From an uncultured Candidatus Sumerlaeota bacterium (GTDB lineage: Bacteria > Sumerlaeota > Sumerlaeia > UBA8349), in the NCBI GenBank assembly GCA_964462565.1, contig CAYWYC010000001.1:5738-69737 (forward strand): 64,000 bases of DNA. The letters run 5' to 3'. The stretch's first letter is position 1. Each line of letters begins with the position of its first letter. Shown in pieces: positions 20,049 through 28,776 of the stretch. A program made the translations under genes and the position numbers. The notes below the pieces were generated by a model, which was not told where the DNA came from, searched no databases, and saw only the letters and a program-made list of their open reading frames with translations.

Positions 20049-21193
20049 GGTCTTACCTTTATGTCATTGCGCTTTGGGGGTTCGCCAAAGAAAAAGCCCG
20101 ACGGATACTTCCGGGCGTCGTTGATGAGCTCCTTGATTTCCTGAGAACTTCGTGCCAGATTCTCGACGATCAACTCAAAATTACGCTGCTGGTTCAAGAC
20201 GATTCGATCCAGCCTGCTCAGAGTCTTGCGAAAATGCGTCAACGAAGCCTCCAGGTCGCCGGAACTCGTGAGTGCTTCGAGACGTTGGGAAGCACTGCTC
20301 AAACTCTCGGATGCCTCCTTCAGGTTCTGCATAATGCGCGCCAGGTCCTCGCCGTCCACAATCTCCTTCGCGCCTTCTACCGTCGTGGAGGCATCGGTCA
20401 GGAGTTTCTCGATCTTGGGATCGGTCAGGATGGTCTGGAGGTGTTCGTTCGATTTTTTGATATCGGCGATCAGATTGCTGGTTTCATTATGAAGCTTGGC
20501 AAACTGCAAGTCATCGATCTGCTTGCCGGCCTTTGCAATGAGTTCCGACGCTTCATCATGCAACTTAGCCAGGCGCGCGCCCGAAAGTCCCGTCTTCAGT
20601 TCCATCAGCACATCATTCAGGTTGGTGAAGAGCTCTCCGAGTTCCATGTTCTCGAATTTGCTCAATATTTTTTCGAAAGAATCGCTGATTCGCGAGATGG
20701 TGCTGGGCACAGAAGGAATATAAGGATATTCCGGTACCCACTCAGGCTGGAAAAAGGTAAAACGTTCTGTATCCACGTAATCGAGTTCAACGTAAAAAGC
20801 GCCGGTAATGCCCTGGGGCCTCATACGAACGCGCAAGCCGTTTTCGATTTCCGGTTGAAGCGCGTCATACAGAAGTTTCCGGGCATCCTCCAGACCAAAG
20901 GGCTTGGGATCGATATTCATGCGGATAAGCACATAGCGCAAACCTTCTTCATGGGCCTCGCGATAATAGTTATACACAAAATCGATAGTCTTGATATTGC
21001 CGACCTGGACACCCCGGTAGCGCACCGCCGATCCGATATCAAGCCCCTGAACCGATTGGTCGAGGTAGGTTTCTACGACAATCCTTTGCTTAAGCAATAC
21101 ATCGGCGCCCAGGACCACCAGCGCCAGGATAGCGATAATGACCGCCATGATCACAAATATACCGACTTTGTAGTAGTTTGCAGTTGTCGTCAT
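20045..21193 (-). CDS. MCE-domain protein (MlaD/PqiB-like) with C-terminal coiled-coil extension
   Basis: N-terminal TM anchor followed by a conserved MCE core (YLDQSVQGLDIGSAVRYRGVQVGNIKTIDF). The C-terminal ~150 aa are heptad/coiled-coil-like, with repeated AKLHDEASELIAKAG / AKLHNETSNLIADIK segments. Confidence 0.8.
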   Translation of the reverse strand: MTTTANYYKVGIFVIMAVIIAILALVVLGADVLLKQRIVVETYLDQSVQGLDIGSAVRYRGVQVGNIKTIDFVYNYYREAHEEGLRYVLIRMNIDPKPFGLEDARKLLYDALQPEIENGLRVRMRPQGITGAFYVELDYVDTERFTFFQPEWVPEYPYIPSVPSTISRISDSFEKILSKFENMELGELFTNLNDVLMELKTGLSGARLAKLHDEASELIAKAGKQIDDLQFAKLHNETSNLIADIKKSNEHLQTILTDPKIEKLLTDASTTVEGAKEIVDGEDLARIMQNLKEASESLSSASQRLEALTSSGDLEASLTHFRKTLSRLDRIVLNQQRNFELIVENLARSSQEIKELINDARKYPSGFFFGEPPKRNDIKVRP

Positions 21194-22083
21194 ATGAACC
21201 AGTCAGGCTCCTCTTCAGCGGCGCTTTCCTTGCGTCCGCCTCCATTATGATCGTCATCTTTTCGGACATTGTCAACACCGGCCTGCCTCTGAAAAAACTG
21301 GCGCACCCACGGATTCTGGCTGCGATCGCGCAACTGGCTGGGCACTCCCCTGGCGATAATCCCCTTGGTCCGTTTGTCGAGCATAATAACACGATCGGCA
21401 ATCTCGAAAATGCTGGCCAACTCATGGCTGACCACGACAAAGGTAATGCCGAGATTATCGGCCAACCGCTTGATGAGGGAGTCCAGTTCGGCCGAGGTAA
21501 TAGGATCCAATCCGGCCGATGGTTCGTCCAGAAAAATGATCTCCGGGTCCAAAGCCATGGCCCGGGCGATGGACGCGCGCTTCTGCATACCACCACTGAT
21601 CTCCGCCGGATAATGATGGCAGAATCCCTCAAGCCCGACCAGTTTGAGCTTGGTCAGCGCGATCAGGTTCATGGCTTCCATCGGCAGGTCCGTGAATTCT
21701 TCCAGCGGCAGGCGCACATTCTCTACCAGATTCATGGAACCGAAAAGCGCCCCGCTCTGGTAAGTCACACCGAAGGAAGACAAAAGTTTCAGGCGTTCCT
21801 CGGTGGAGGCGTTGGCAATGTCGATCCCTTTTATATATATACTCCCTTTGGCCGGCTGATAGAGCCCAATCATGTGCTTGAGCAAAGTACTTTTGCCGCA
21901 GCCTGATCCGCCGAGTATCACAAAGACCTCTCCCGGATAGACACAAAAATTAATGTCCCGGATAATGACGTCGTCCCCATAGGCGGCCATAATATCAACA
22001 ACCCGAATAAGGGCATCGTCTTCCCCCCGACAATCCTGCTTGTCGGCAAAAGCGTCAGTGCTTGGCTTTTCAGAAAGGGCCAT
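21190..22083 (-). CDS. ABC transporter ATP-binding protein, MlaF-like
   Basis: Walker A GGSGCGKST, signature ISGGMQKRASIARA, Walker B IIFLDEPSAGLD. It overlaps the MCE gene by 4 bp. Confidence 0.85.
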   Translation of the reverse strand: MALSEKPSTDAFADKQDCRGEDDALIRVVDIMAAYGDDVIIRDINFCVYPGEVFVILGGSGCGKSTLLKHMIGLYQPAKGSIYIKGIDIANASTEERLKLLSSFGVTYQSGALFGSMNLVENVRLPLEEFTDLPMEAMNLIALTKLKLVGLEGFCHHYPAEISGGMQKRASIARAMALDPEIIFLDEPSAGLDPITSAELDSLIKRLADNLGITFVVVSHELASIFEIADRVIMLDKRTKGIIARGVPSQLRDRSQNPWVRQFFQRQAGVDNVRKDDDHNGGGRKESAAEEEPDWFI

Positions 22084-22101
22084 CGAAAATGCTCCCGTGC
22101 A

Positions 22102-22836
22102 TTATCCCTTCATGCAGGCAAAAGTAATCATGCGTCCCGTACCGGATCCATCCCTGCGATAAGAAAAGAAGAGGTCGGACGCTTCATAGGTGCATCGCCG
22201 GTCCAGAAGAATTTGCGATTTTGGAATTCCCGCCTCGATCAACTCGTAATAATTAATCAAGCCAAGGTCCAGATATCGCGACTCCGGGCCGACAACAGCC
22301 CCTTCATAGTGCCCGAAGGCGCGCTCAAATTCAATCGCCATCTCACGACTGACTTCATAATGATCCGCGCAGATTGACGGGGCGACCCAGGCATGGATAT
22401 TCGATATCTCCGCGCCATTCTCTGTCATGCGATCAAGCGCCCGCAGGACTATGTGACCGGCAACGCCTTTTCGTCCGGCATGAACCACGGCAATGACCCG
22501 ATTCACGGGATCGCCCAAAACAACAGGTACACAGTCCGCCGTATAAACGCCGAGTAAAACAGATGCACGATTGCAGACCAGAGCGTCCACGTTGGGGATT
22601 TCCGTCAAGCCGCTGCAATACGCCGTCTCTTCCACCAATGCGACATCCGTTCCGTGCACCTGCTCCCCCACGATGGCAGGAACCTTCGATATTCCCAGGA
22701 AGTCCGGCAACCTGCGCATAGTATCCAGTCGGTCTTCGGAAAGATCCGGCATGAAGGAACGACAACTCATGCCGACAAGCATGACATCCTGAAAAGGCGC
22801 GAAGATTTCGGGATAGATCACTTTTTGTTCGCTCAT
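22102..22836 (-). CDS. pgeF: peptidoglycan editing factor PgeF (YfiH/DUF152, purine nucleoside phosphorylase-like laccase-domain protein)
   Basis: Conserved HAGRKG and CxxC...H motifs (TADCVPVV, HAGRKGVAGHIV) of the YfiH family. Length 244 aa. Confidence 0.8.
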   Translation of the reverse strand: MSEQKVIYPEIFAPFQDVMLVGMSCRSFMPDLSEDRLDTMRRLPDFLGISKVPAIVGEQVHGTDVALVEETAYCSGLTEIPNVDALVCNRASVLLGVYTADCVPVVLGDPVNRVIAVVHAGRKGVAGHIVLRALDRMTENGAEISNIHAWVAPSICADHYEVSREMAIEFERAFGHYEGAVVGPESRYLDLGLINYYELIEAGIPKSQILLDRRCTYEASDLFFSYRRDGSGTGRMITFACMKG

Positions 22837-25367
22837 TCAGAGCTCTCCCGTGCCGGAGTTTCAGGGCTTGTCGTGGTCTCATCATCATCGGACAGGAGCA
22901 CATCATCCAAAATGTCCTGCATCTGCTTATCGATTGTTCCGGTCATGGGTCGTTCTGGGTTAAGGGCTTTTCCCGGTTCTCGCGAATCCGGCTGGTTCTC
23001 CGGATTAACCGGGGCAAAAACCCGCGCCTTTTGCAGGAATCGCTCCGTTTCTTCCGAATTGGAACTCAACTGAGCCCGGATACGCCAGTAATCTTCCGCC
23101 GGCGGAAAAGCCATATCCAAATACTTCCGCGCTTCCCGCTTAAGACCGAGATCGCTGAACATATTCGTATATTCATAAACCAGGGCGACATGCGTGGGCG
23201 ATTTCTCCGTGAGTTTTCCCAGGGCTTCCCGCTTTTCTTCGGCACTATCGGCAGTACGCAACATCCCGAGCCATCCCGCGTGAAGATCACGCAAAGTCAG
23301 CTGTTGGTAGTAGTATCGCGCTTCTTCCTGATCTCCCTGCCGCCGGAGAGTTTCGGCAATGTAAAAATACGTCAGCGCGTCATCATCGTCTTCAGCAAGC
23401 GTCTGTAAATCCGGGGCCACGGGCGAAGGTGAAACGAGGGACCCGCCGGATCCGACGATTGCGCGCAGACGCAAATGGGCCCTGCGGGTATCTCCGGGAA
23501 TGTCTGACCGCAGCAGAAGCACGTTCAGACCAATGAGCAAAGTGATAATACCAATGCCGAATACGCGCAGGATGTAATACCGTCGGACCACCGGCAAAAT
23601 ATGACGCGTGGCTACCCAGACAAGGGTCGGAAAAAAGAGTACGAGCAGGAGCAGGCTGACCAGGGTTTCCAGGGGTGGCGGACTTTGCGTCAGGAACCGC
23701 ACCAGAATGGAGTCGCCGAAATAGGACATGGGACGCTTGAAGATGGATTCGCTGAAAAACTGCCAGGTCTTGACATCCCACGGCCAGGGACTGATTTCAA
23801 AGGGCGATTTCTGGTGGGTAATCGTAATGCAAAGGGTCCAGGCTGCAACGACACAGAGAAAAAGCGCCAGAACCGTTTGGGTGCTGCGGAAACGAACCTC
23901 CAGAAAAAGCTGCGCCAGACCAAGGGCGACAAAGGGAACGAGAATCGCATAACGCCCCAACCAAATGGCTTCGGTCGCCTGCCATTGCCAGGAAAGATTC
24001 GTTATGAGAACGTACAAAATAACGGCCAGAAAAGCCCCGCCCCCAATCAGACTGCGGCGCAGAGCCATCAGAAGAAGGCCGAGCAAGCCAAGCGAGGCCA
24101 AAGGGAACCAATAAAAAAAACCGCCCGTTTGTCCCAGAACCGCCTCAAGAGCGCGCAAACCGGATATGTGGGCAAACTCACCAAAAGTGGTGATGTCTTG
24201 GGGAATCCTGGGCAAAAGCACATAACTGTCGAAGGCTTTTTTCCAATAGATCATTTGCGGGGAGAAAATCAGAAGCAAAACCGAGCAAATCACCAGAAAA
24301 ATGCCGGCATACCGCAAGACTGCTTTCAGACGCGCCGGCTTTTCAGGTGGTCGGGTTTCCACCGCAAGGGGTTCCAGATCCTGAACTTCCGGTACCGGCA
24401 TTTCACTGCTTCCAAGACTTGTTTCATCAGCGCTGGCACCAGAGAAAAAGTCCGATGCTCCTCCTGCTTCATTCAGCGTGTCAGGCATATCCTCTGTCAG
24501 GGGCTCAAAATCAGCATCGATGACAGGCGTTTCAGCCTCCTTGTCTGAGGAAAAGGAACTCACGCCTGCGTCGGCCTCGGGCGTTTGATCAGGCGGAACT
24601 CCTTCAGCCGACATGATTTCAGTACCACCCGTTCTTTTTTCTAACCAGACGCCAAGCGGAACCAAAAAAAAGACAAAACTGCGCCAATCGCAAAGAAGCA
24701 TAAGCCCCGCCGCGAGGATAATATAAAAGGCAAAGCTCCCCTTGTGACGTCGTGTGCTTTCAATACAGGCATAAAGGAAAAGCGCTCCGGCAGACATGGC
24801 GTAAACCGGAGAAAAAGCGACGGCCTTATAACTGACCAGAACTGCCGATGTACCGAAAAGAGATACCAAACCCACGACAAGCGCTGCCGGCGATGGAATA
24901 AAACGGAATGCCGTCCGCCATATCAGCAATATGGCGCAAAAACCATAAAAGAGAGACGACAGCGAAGAGGCATAAAGATAATGCGGCGCAAAACGGTCGC
25001 CTTCACCCGCCAGCTTTAAAAGAATTCCCAGGCCGTGAAAAAGCAGCCAGAAAGGCGCGATGAGAATAGGCGGCCCCAATGGATAGGCTTCGGCCACATA
25101 TCCGGTGGGGCTGATCTTTTCCGCCGCCGTTTCCGGAACATCGAGCGGATTGCGGGCCATGAGATGCTCATTGGCCAAATCCACATTGCCATCCAGCAAA
25201 AGCGAGGCGATGAATTGGTTGTGAAAAACCGGAGCATATCCATCTCCCCGCCAGGGGTCAAACCAGAGAAAGATGCCAATGGCATAAAAGACCGCGAGAA
25301 TAATAAGAGGAAAGGCATGCTTGCGATGATGAATACGGGGGAAGTGGAACAAGCCTTTGACCTTCAT
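22833..25367 (-). CDS. polytopic membrane protein with a GT-C-like N-terminal multi-TM region, an internal acidic low-complexity insert, and a C-terminal TPR-like tail (DUF2723/ArnT-PMT-like candidate glycosyltransferase)
   Basis: At least 10 hydrophobic helices in two blocks, separated by a D/E/S/P-rich ~110-aa segment. C-terminal helical repeats (YFYIAETLRRQGDQEEARYYYQQ...) look TPR-like. The start is set at the internal Met MKVKGLF to avoid overlapping the upstream gene. Confidence 0.45.
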   Translation of the reverse strand: MKVKGLFHFPRIHHRKHAFPLIILAVFYAIGIFLWFDPWRGDGYAPVFHNQFIASLLLDGNVDLANEHLMARNPLDVPETAAEKISPTGYVAEAYPLGPPILIAPFWLLFHGLGILLKLAGEGDRFAPHYLYASSLSSLFYGFCAILLIWRTAFRFIPSPAALVVGLVSLFGTSAVLVSYKAVAFSPVYAMSAGALFLYACIESTRRHKGSFAFYIILAAGLMLLCDWRSFVFFLVPLGVWLEKRTGGTEIMSAEGVPPDQTPEADAGVSSFSSDKEAETPVIDADFEPLTEDMPDTLNEAGGASDFFSGASADETSLGSSEMPVPEVQDLEPLAVETRPPEKPARLKAVLRYAGIFLVICSVLLLIFSPQMIYWKKAFDSYVLLPRIPQDITTFGEFAHISGLRALEAVLGQTGGFFYWFPLASLGLLGLLLMALRRSLIGGGAFLAVILYVLITNLSWQWQATEAIWLGRYAILVPFVALGLAQLFLEVRFRSTQTVLALFLCVVAAWTLCITITHQKSPFEISPWPWDVKTWQFFSESIFKRPMSYFGDSILVRFLTQSPPPLETLVSLLLLVLFFPTLVWVATRHILPVVRRYYILRVFGIGIITLLIGLNVLLLRSDIPGDTRRAHLRLRAIVGSGGSLVSPSPVAPDLQTLAEDDDDALTYFYIAETLRRQGDQEEARYYYQQLTLRDLHAGWLGMLRTADSAEEKREALGKLTEKSPTHVALVYEYTNMFSDLGLKREARKYLDMAFPPAEDYWRIRAQLSSNSEETERFLQKARVFAPVNPENQPDSREPGKALNPERPMTGTIDKQMQDILDDVLLSDDDETTTSPETPARESSE

Positions 25368-25401
25368 GATATTCCTGTTCAAGATAAGGGAGTCAGCAGG
25401 A

Positions 25402-27720
25402 TCAGCGTCGGCTTCTGAGATACATAACGCCACTGAAAAGCACACAAATCATGAGGACAATATACCACTTGTAATTCCAGAGCGCGTCAGCCAAGGCCGC
25501 TGGCAGGAGTCTTCGCAACCAGCGACGAACTGGATTATTGATCCATTTTTCTTCCGGCTTCTCCGCACTTCGCTTCAGGTCGCGCACGTAATCCTGAGAA
25601 AATTCTGCAGGAATTAAAACGTCTTCGGGCGGTATTTCTTCCACGCTTGTGTCTTCCAACTCGTCCGTAGCCGGGGCCTGGGTTTCTTCCGGTTCCAGGA
25701 GTTGGTCAATGACTTCGGGCAACTGAAAATCGTCATTCTCGCCATCATTATTGGAATCCGCGTCTTTCGTGTCTTCCGGCAGACCGGTTTCGAACATCTG
25801 GGCATAGCGTTTTTCATATTCGGAGGAACGGGTCCGGCTGCTTGGACGCGACTTCAGTTCAATGGACCTTTCCTGCCTGTCATCTCTTTCAAAATCTCCG
25901 GAATGGTCGAGCCCCCGCATTTCGCGCAGACCTTCCGCCCCTGTCTTGAATCTTTCCGGAACCGCGACATCGGCATTGCGCAACATACGCGTCCCCACGT
26001 CAGTGGGGTCATTGGCAACCAGCGCCACATGCCCTCTGTCTTCATAACTCGGCCACAGCGGCACATCCATAACCGGATACTTCTGCCAGTTCGGCGCGTC
26101 ATAATGCCACCACTCGGAAAGAATGGTGGTGAAGCCCTCACGGGCCATAACGCGGGTCAGGAATTCGCGATTTTTCTCGGCTGCTTCCGAAACATTATCG
26201 TAATCACGTCGAGCCTCTTCCCCCATGCGCAGGTAGGGCGATTGCATCTCCAATTCATTGCCCTGCATATCGGTAATCGTGCAATCCACCGCCGCGCCGC
26301 GATTATGCCTTGAACCCCGGTTCGGCACGGCCAGATAAGGGGTTCCGGGGAGTTTGTGATACAATTTCTGCGTGATGGAGAGCGGCCTATAAGCGTCAAA
26401 AAGTTTCAGGCGCATCCCCCGGTCACGCAGGCGCTGATTGATGCGCATGATGGCTTCAGCCACCTCGGGCCGCAGCAGAAAACGGGGACGCTCATAAAGC
26501 ACTTCTCCCACAAAAGTCGTGTTTGTCGTCCAATATTGCTCCGTCAGAATTGTGGGATCCAGCTTTTCTACATCCACCAGCACAGGCGTTTCATACAGGT
26601 CGTATTCCACCACTTCATCAATGGCGAAAACGTTGAAATGAGAACGTCTGGCCGTGCTGCCTTCTAGTAATTCACGAACCGAACTGACTTTCGGCGTGTG
26701 CAAGTCATTGTCATTGCGGACAGAATCCCACATCTCGGAAACCGGTATGGAAGGATCGTAAATGGGCTCATTGTCATAGAACTCGGCACAGTGAATTCTT
26801 ACCAGAAAAGGCTGATCCTGTCTGGATAATTCCTTTTCCGAAAAAAAGCGTTGCGACAGTTCACGAGCAGTCGTGGAATCGGCATTCTTCTTGACGACAA
26901 GAGCCGCAAAGAGAACGCTGGTGTCGTTCTTTTCGATGGGCGAAAAGAAAAAGCGATCCTCCTGTTCGGGATCGTATGTTTCCGTCATCGGCTCCCCGGC
27001 TGCAGGCGAACGGCGCAGGGATTGCCCACGCATCAGGCCGAGATCGGCCATGCCAGACACAATCCAGGCATCGGCATGCGGTGCTTCCCGCACGGCCCGA
27101 TATAGCATTGCATTAAAGTCCAGAGGATATTGGTATCCACTGTCGTATAAAATGCGCGCCGAAACCCGAGCGTCCTTGGTAACACCTACCGCCCAAGCCA
27201 GACGAGCGAAGGATTCATAGGAAAAAGAAGCACGGTCGAGTTTCTCGCTCGTTGTGCGCAGGCTGAGCCGCTCCCCTACCGATACAAACCAGCCGGCGGA
27301 ATCTTCGCGATAAACGGTAGCAAGTCCCAGCGCCGCCTTGATTTCAGAAGGGCTGGCCGGAGCAAAATCGGCCAGTTTCATCTTCCCCGAAGTCATGAAC
27401 TCCCAGCTTCCCCATACAAAAGCCGAACTCCGCGATTCCGGGTTATGCTGAAGCAACTGCCAGACCATATTGCCCTCCTGGTTTTGCCATTCCATGGACG
27501 ACGCCTCCAGATCGGGTGATTTTTTGGGCGTACCCGCATATTTCCAGACACTCGAGGGAGTCGAATCATCCTCGACCGAATTTTCCGAAGCGATATCCAT
27601 GGGAGGAAGGGCCAGTTCGGGAGAAGTCCCTTGTGAAAAAGAAACAGATGGCCAAACACACGACACCACCGCAAGGCAAACCAATGCCAGACATTGCGAC
27701 AGGCATCGGACCAGGGGCAT
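25402..27720 (-). CDS. secreted, membrane-tethered protein with a large N-terminal domain of unknown function plus a VanX-like D-Ala-D-Ala dipeptidase (peptidase M15D) domain. An acidic linker and a C-terminal TM anchor follow.
   Basis: Signal peptide MPLVRCLSQCLALVCLAVVSCVWPSVSFSQG. VanX signature FDAYRP...SRHNRGAAVD...SEWWHYD (zinc ligands His/Asp/His and catalytic Glu). D/E-rich tail, then the hydrophobic WYIVLMICVLFSGVMYL followed by basic residues. The start is at the internal Met preceding the signal peptide. Confidence 0.7.
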   Translation of the reverse strand: MPLVRCLSQCLALVCLAVVSCVWPSVSFSQGTSPELALPPMDIASENSVEDDSTPSSVWKYAGTPKKSPDLEASSMEWQNQEGNMVWQLLQHNPESRSSAFVWGSWEFMTSGKMKLADFAPASPSEIKAALGLATVYREDSAGWFVSVGERLSLRTTSEKLDRASFSYESFARLAWAVGVTKDARVSARILYDSGYQYPLDFNAMLYRAVREAPHADAWIVSGMADLGLMRGQSLRRSPAAGEPMTETYDPEQEDRFFFSPIEKNDTSVLFAALVVKKNADSTTARELSQRFFSEKELSRQDQPFLVRIHCAEFYDNEPIYDPSIPVSEMWDSVRNDNDLHTPKVSSVRELLEGSTARRSHFNVFAIDEVVEYDLYETPVLVDVEKLDPTILTEQYWTTNTTFVGEVLYERPRFLLRPEVAEAIMRINQRLRDRGMRLKLFDAYRPLSITQKLYHKLPGTPYLAVPNRGSRHNRGAAVDCTITDMQGNELEMQSPYLRMGEEARRDYDNVSEAAEKNREFLTRVMAREGFTTILSEWWHYDAPNWQKYPVMDVPLWPSYEDRGHVALVANDPTDVGTRMLRNADVAVPERFKTGAEGLREMRGLDHSGDFERDDRQERSIELKSRPSSRTRSSEYEKRYAQMFETGLPEDTKDADSNNDGENDDFQLPEVIDQLLEPEETQAPATDELEDTSVEEIPPEDVLIPAEFSQDYVRDLKRSAEKPEEKWINNPVRRWLRRLLPAALADALWNYKWYIVLMICVLFSGVMYLRSRR

Positions 27721-27755
27721 TTTCCGGCGGCTGAAAGACATCATACTCTCCAGGA

Positions 27756-28259
27756 TCAGGGCAAGGTCGGCAGGGGTTTCGCGGTTTCCAGATGACAACC
27801 TGTATGCATCATAACCGCATCTTCATCGCAGTCGGGAAACTTGGGACAACGTACGCATTCCCCCCACACCTTGTGGGGCAGTTCGCTCTTTTCGATCTTA
27901 TTGAAGCCCATCTTTTCAAAAAGGCCGGTTACGGCAGTCAGGGCGAAGAGCCTTTCGATCTGCAAATCGCGGGCATCGGCTATACAGGCGTTGATAAGCA
28001 AGCGCGCGATACCACGCCCTTGCATATCTTTCCGCACAGCCAGGGATTTGACTTCCCCCAGGTCATGCCAGTTTATATGCATGGCGCAACAGCCGACCGG
28101 GCCGTTGCCCTCATCATACACCCAGAAGTCTCGCAGGTTTTCAAAAAGTTCAGCCTGACTCCGGGGAATAATGGGCGCGCCTTTAGCGGCTTCCGCAATC
28201 AGCTTGTGAATCACGGGCACATCCAGCAAACGGGCTCTGCGAACAGCGTCATTACTCAT
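27756..28259 (-). CDS. GNAT-family N-acetyltransferase (short ArgA/N-acetylglutamate-synthase-like) with a C-terminal Cys-rich tail
   Basis: GNAT acetyl-CoA motif RKDMQGRGIARLL. The N-terminus (LLDVPVIHKLI) resembles short-form NAGS. The tail is CVRCPKFPDCDEDAVMMHTGCH. Confidence 0.7.
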   Translation of the reverse strand: MSNDAVRRARLLDVPVIHKLIAEAAKGAPIIPRSQAELFENLRDFWVYDEGNGPVGCCAMHINWHDLGEVKSLAVRKDMQGRGIARLLINACIADARDLQIERLFALTAVTGLFEKMGFNKIEKSELPHKVWGECVRCPKFPDCDEDAVMMHTGCHLETAKPLPTLP

Positions 28260-28300
28260 TTCTTCTCAATTCTTCTTTCGTAGAAGGCGCATACTTCGGC

Positions 28301-28723
28301 CTATTCTCCCATAATCTGTAAAACCAGATCGCGATTGCGGGGCCGGGTGTCAAAACATATCAGGACGATCTGCTGCCAGGTCCCCAGTGTCAATTCCTTG
28401 TTCACGAAGGGCACTGTCAACGACGGTCCCATCAGCGTCGCCCTCACATGGGACGCGCCATTATCGTCATGCCAGGTTTCATGGTGCTTGTATTCCGCGC
28501 CATAGGGAGCAAATTTTTCAAGGTAATCGGCAATATCCCGCTTGAGCCCCGGCTCATATTCGATCGTGGAGATCGCGGCAGTTGCACCGGGTGCAAAAAC
28601 GGTAACCGTCCCGCTTTGCATCTCGCATTCAGACACGGCATCGCGCACCCCGTCGGTCAGGTCCACCATGTCGGAGTACCCGCGGGTTTTGGCCGTTATA
28701 CGTCTTGTCTCTACAGGCATCAA
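28301..28723 (-). CDS. YjbQ/UPF0047-family protein (secondary thiamine-phosphate synthase-like)
   Basis: Matches the YjbQ family over the full 140 aa (TVFAPGATAAISTIEYEPGLKRD, HDDNGASHVRATLMGPS). Confidence 0.8.
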   Translation of the reverse strand: MMPVETRRITAKTRGYSDMVDLTDGVRDAVSECEMQSGTVTVFAPGATAAISTIEYEPGLKRDIADYLEKFAPYGAEYKHHETWHDDNGASHVRATLMGPSLTVPFVNKELTLGTWQQIVLICFDTRPRNRDLVLQIMGE

Positions 28724-28776
28724 ACCACCTTTCGGGGATGCAGAATAACTACAAACTGCATCTTAGCAGAAACCGC

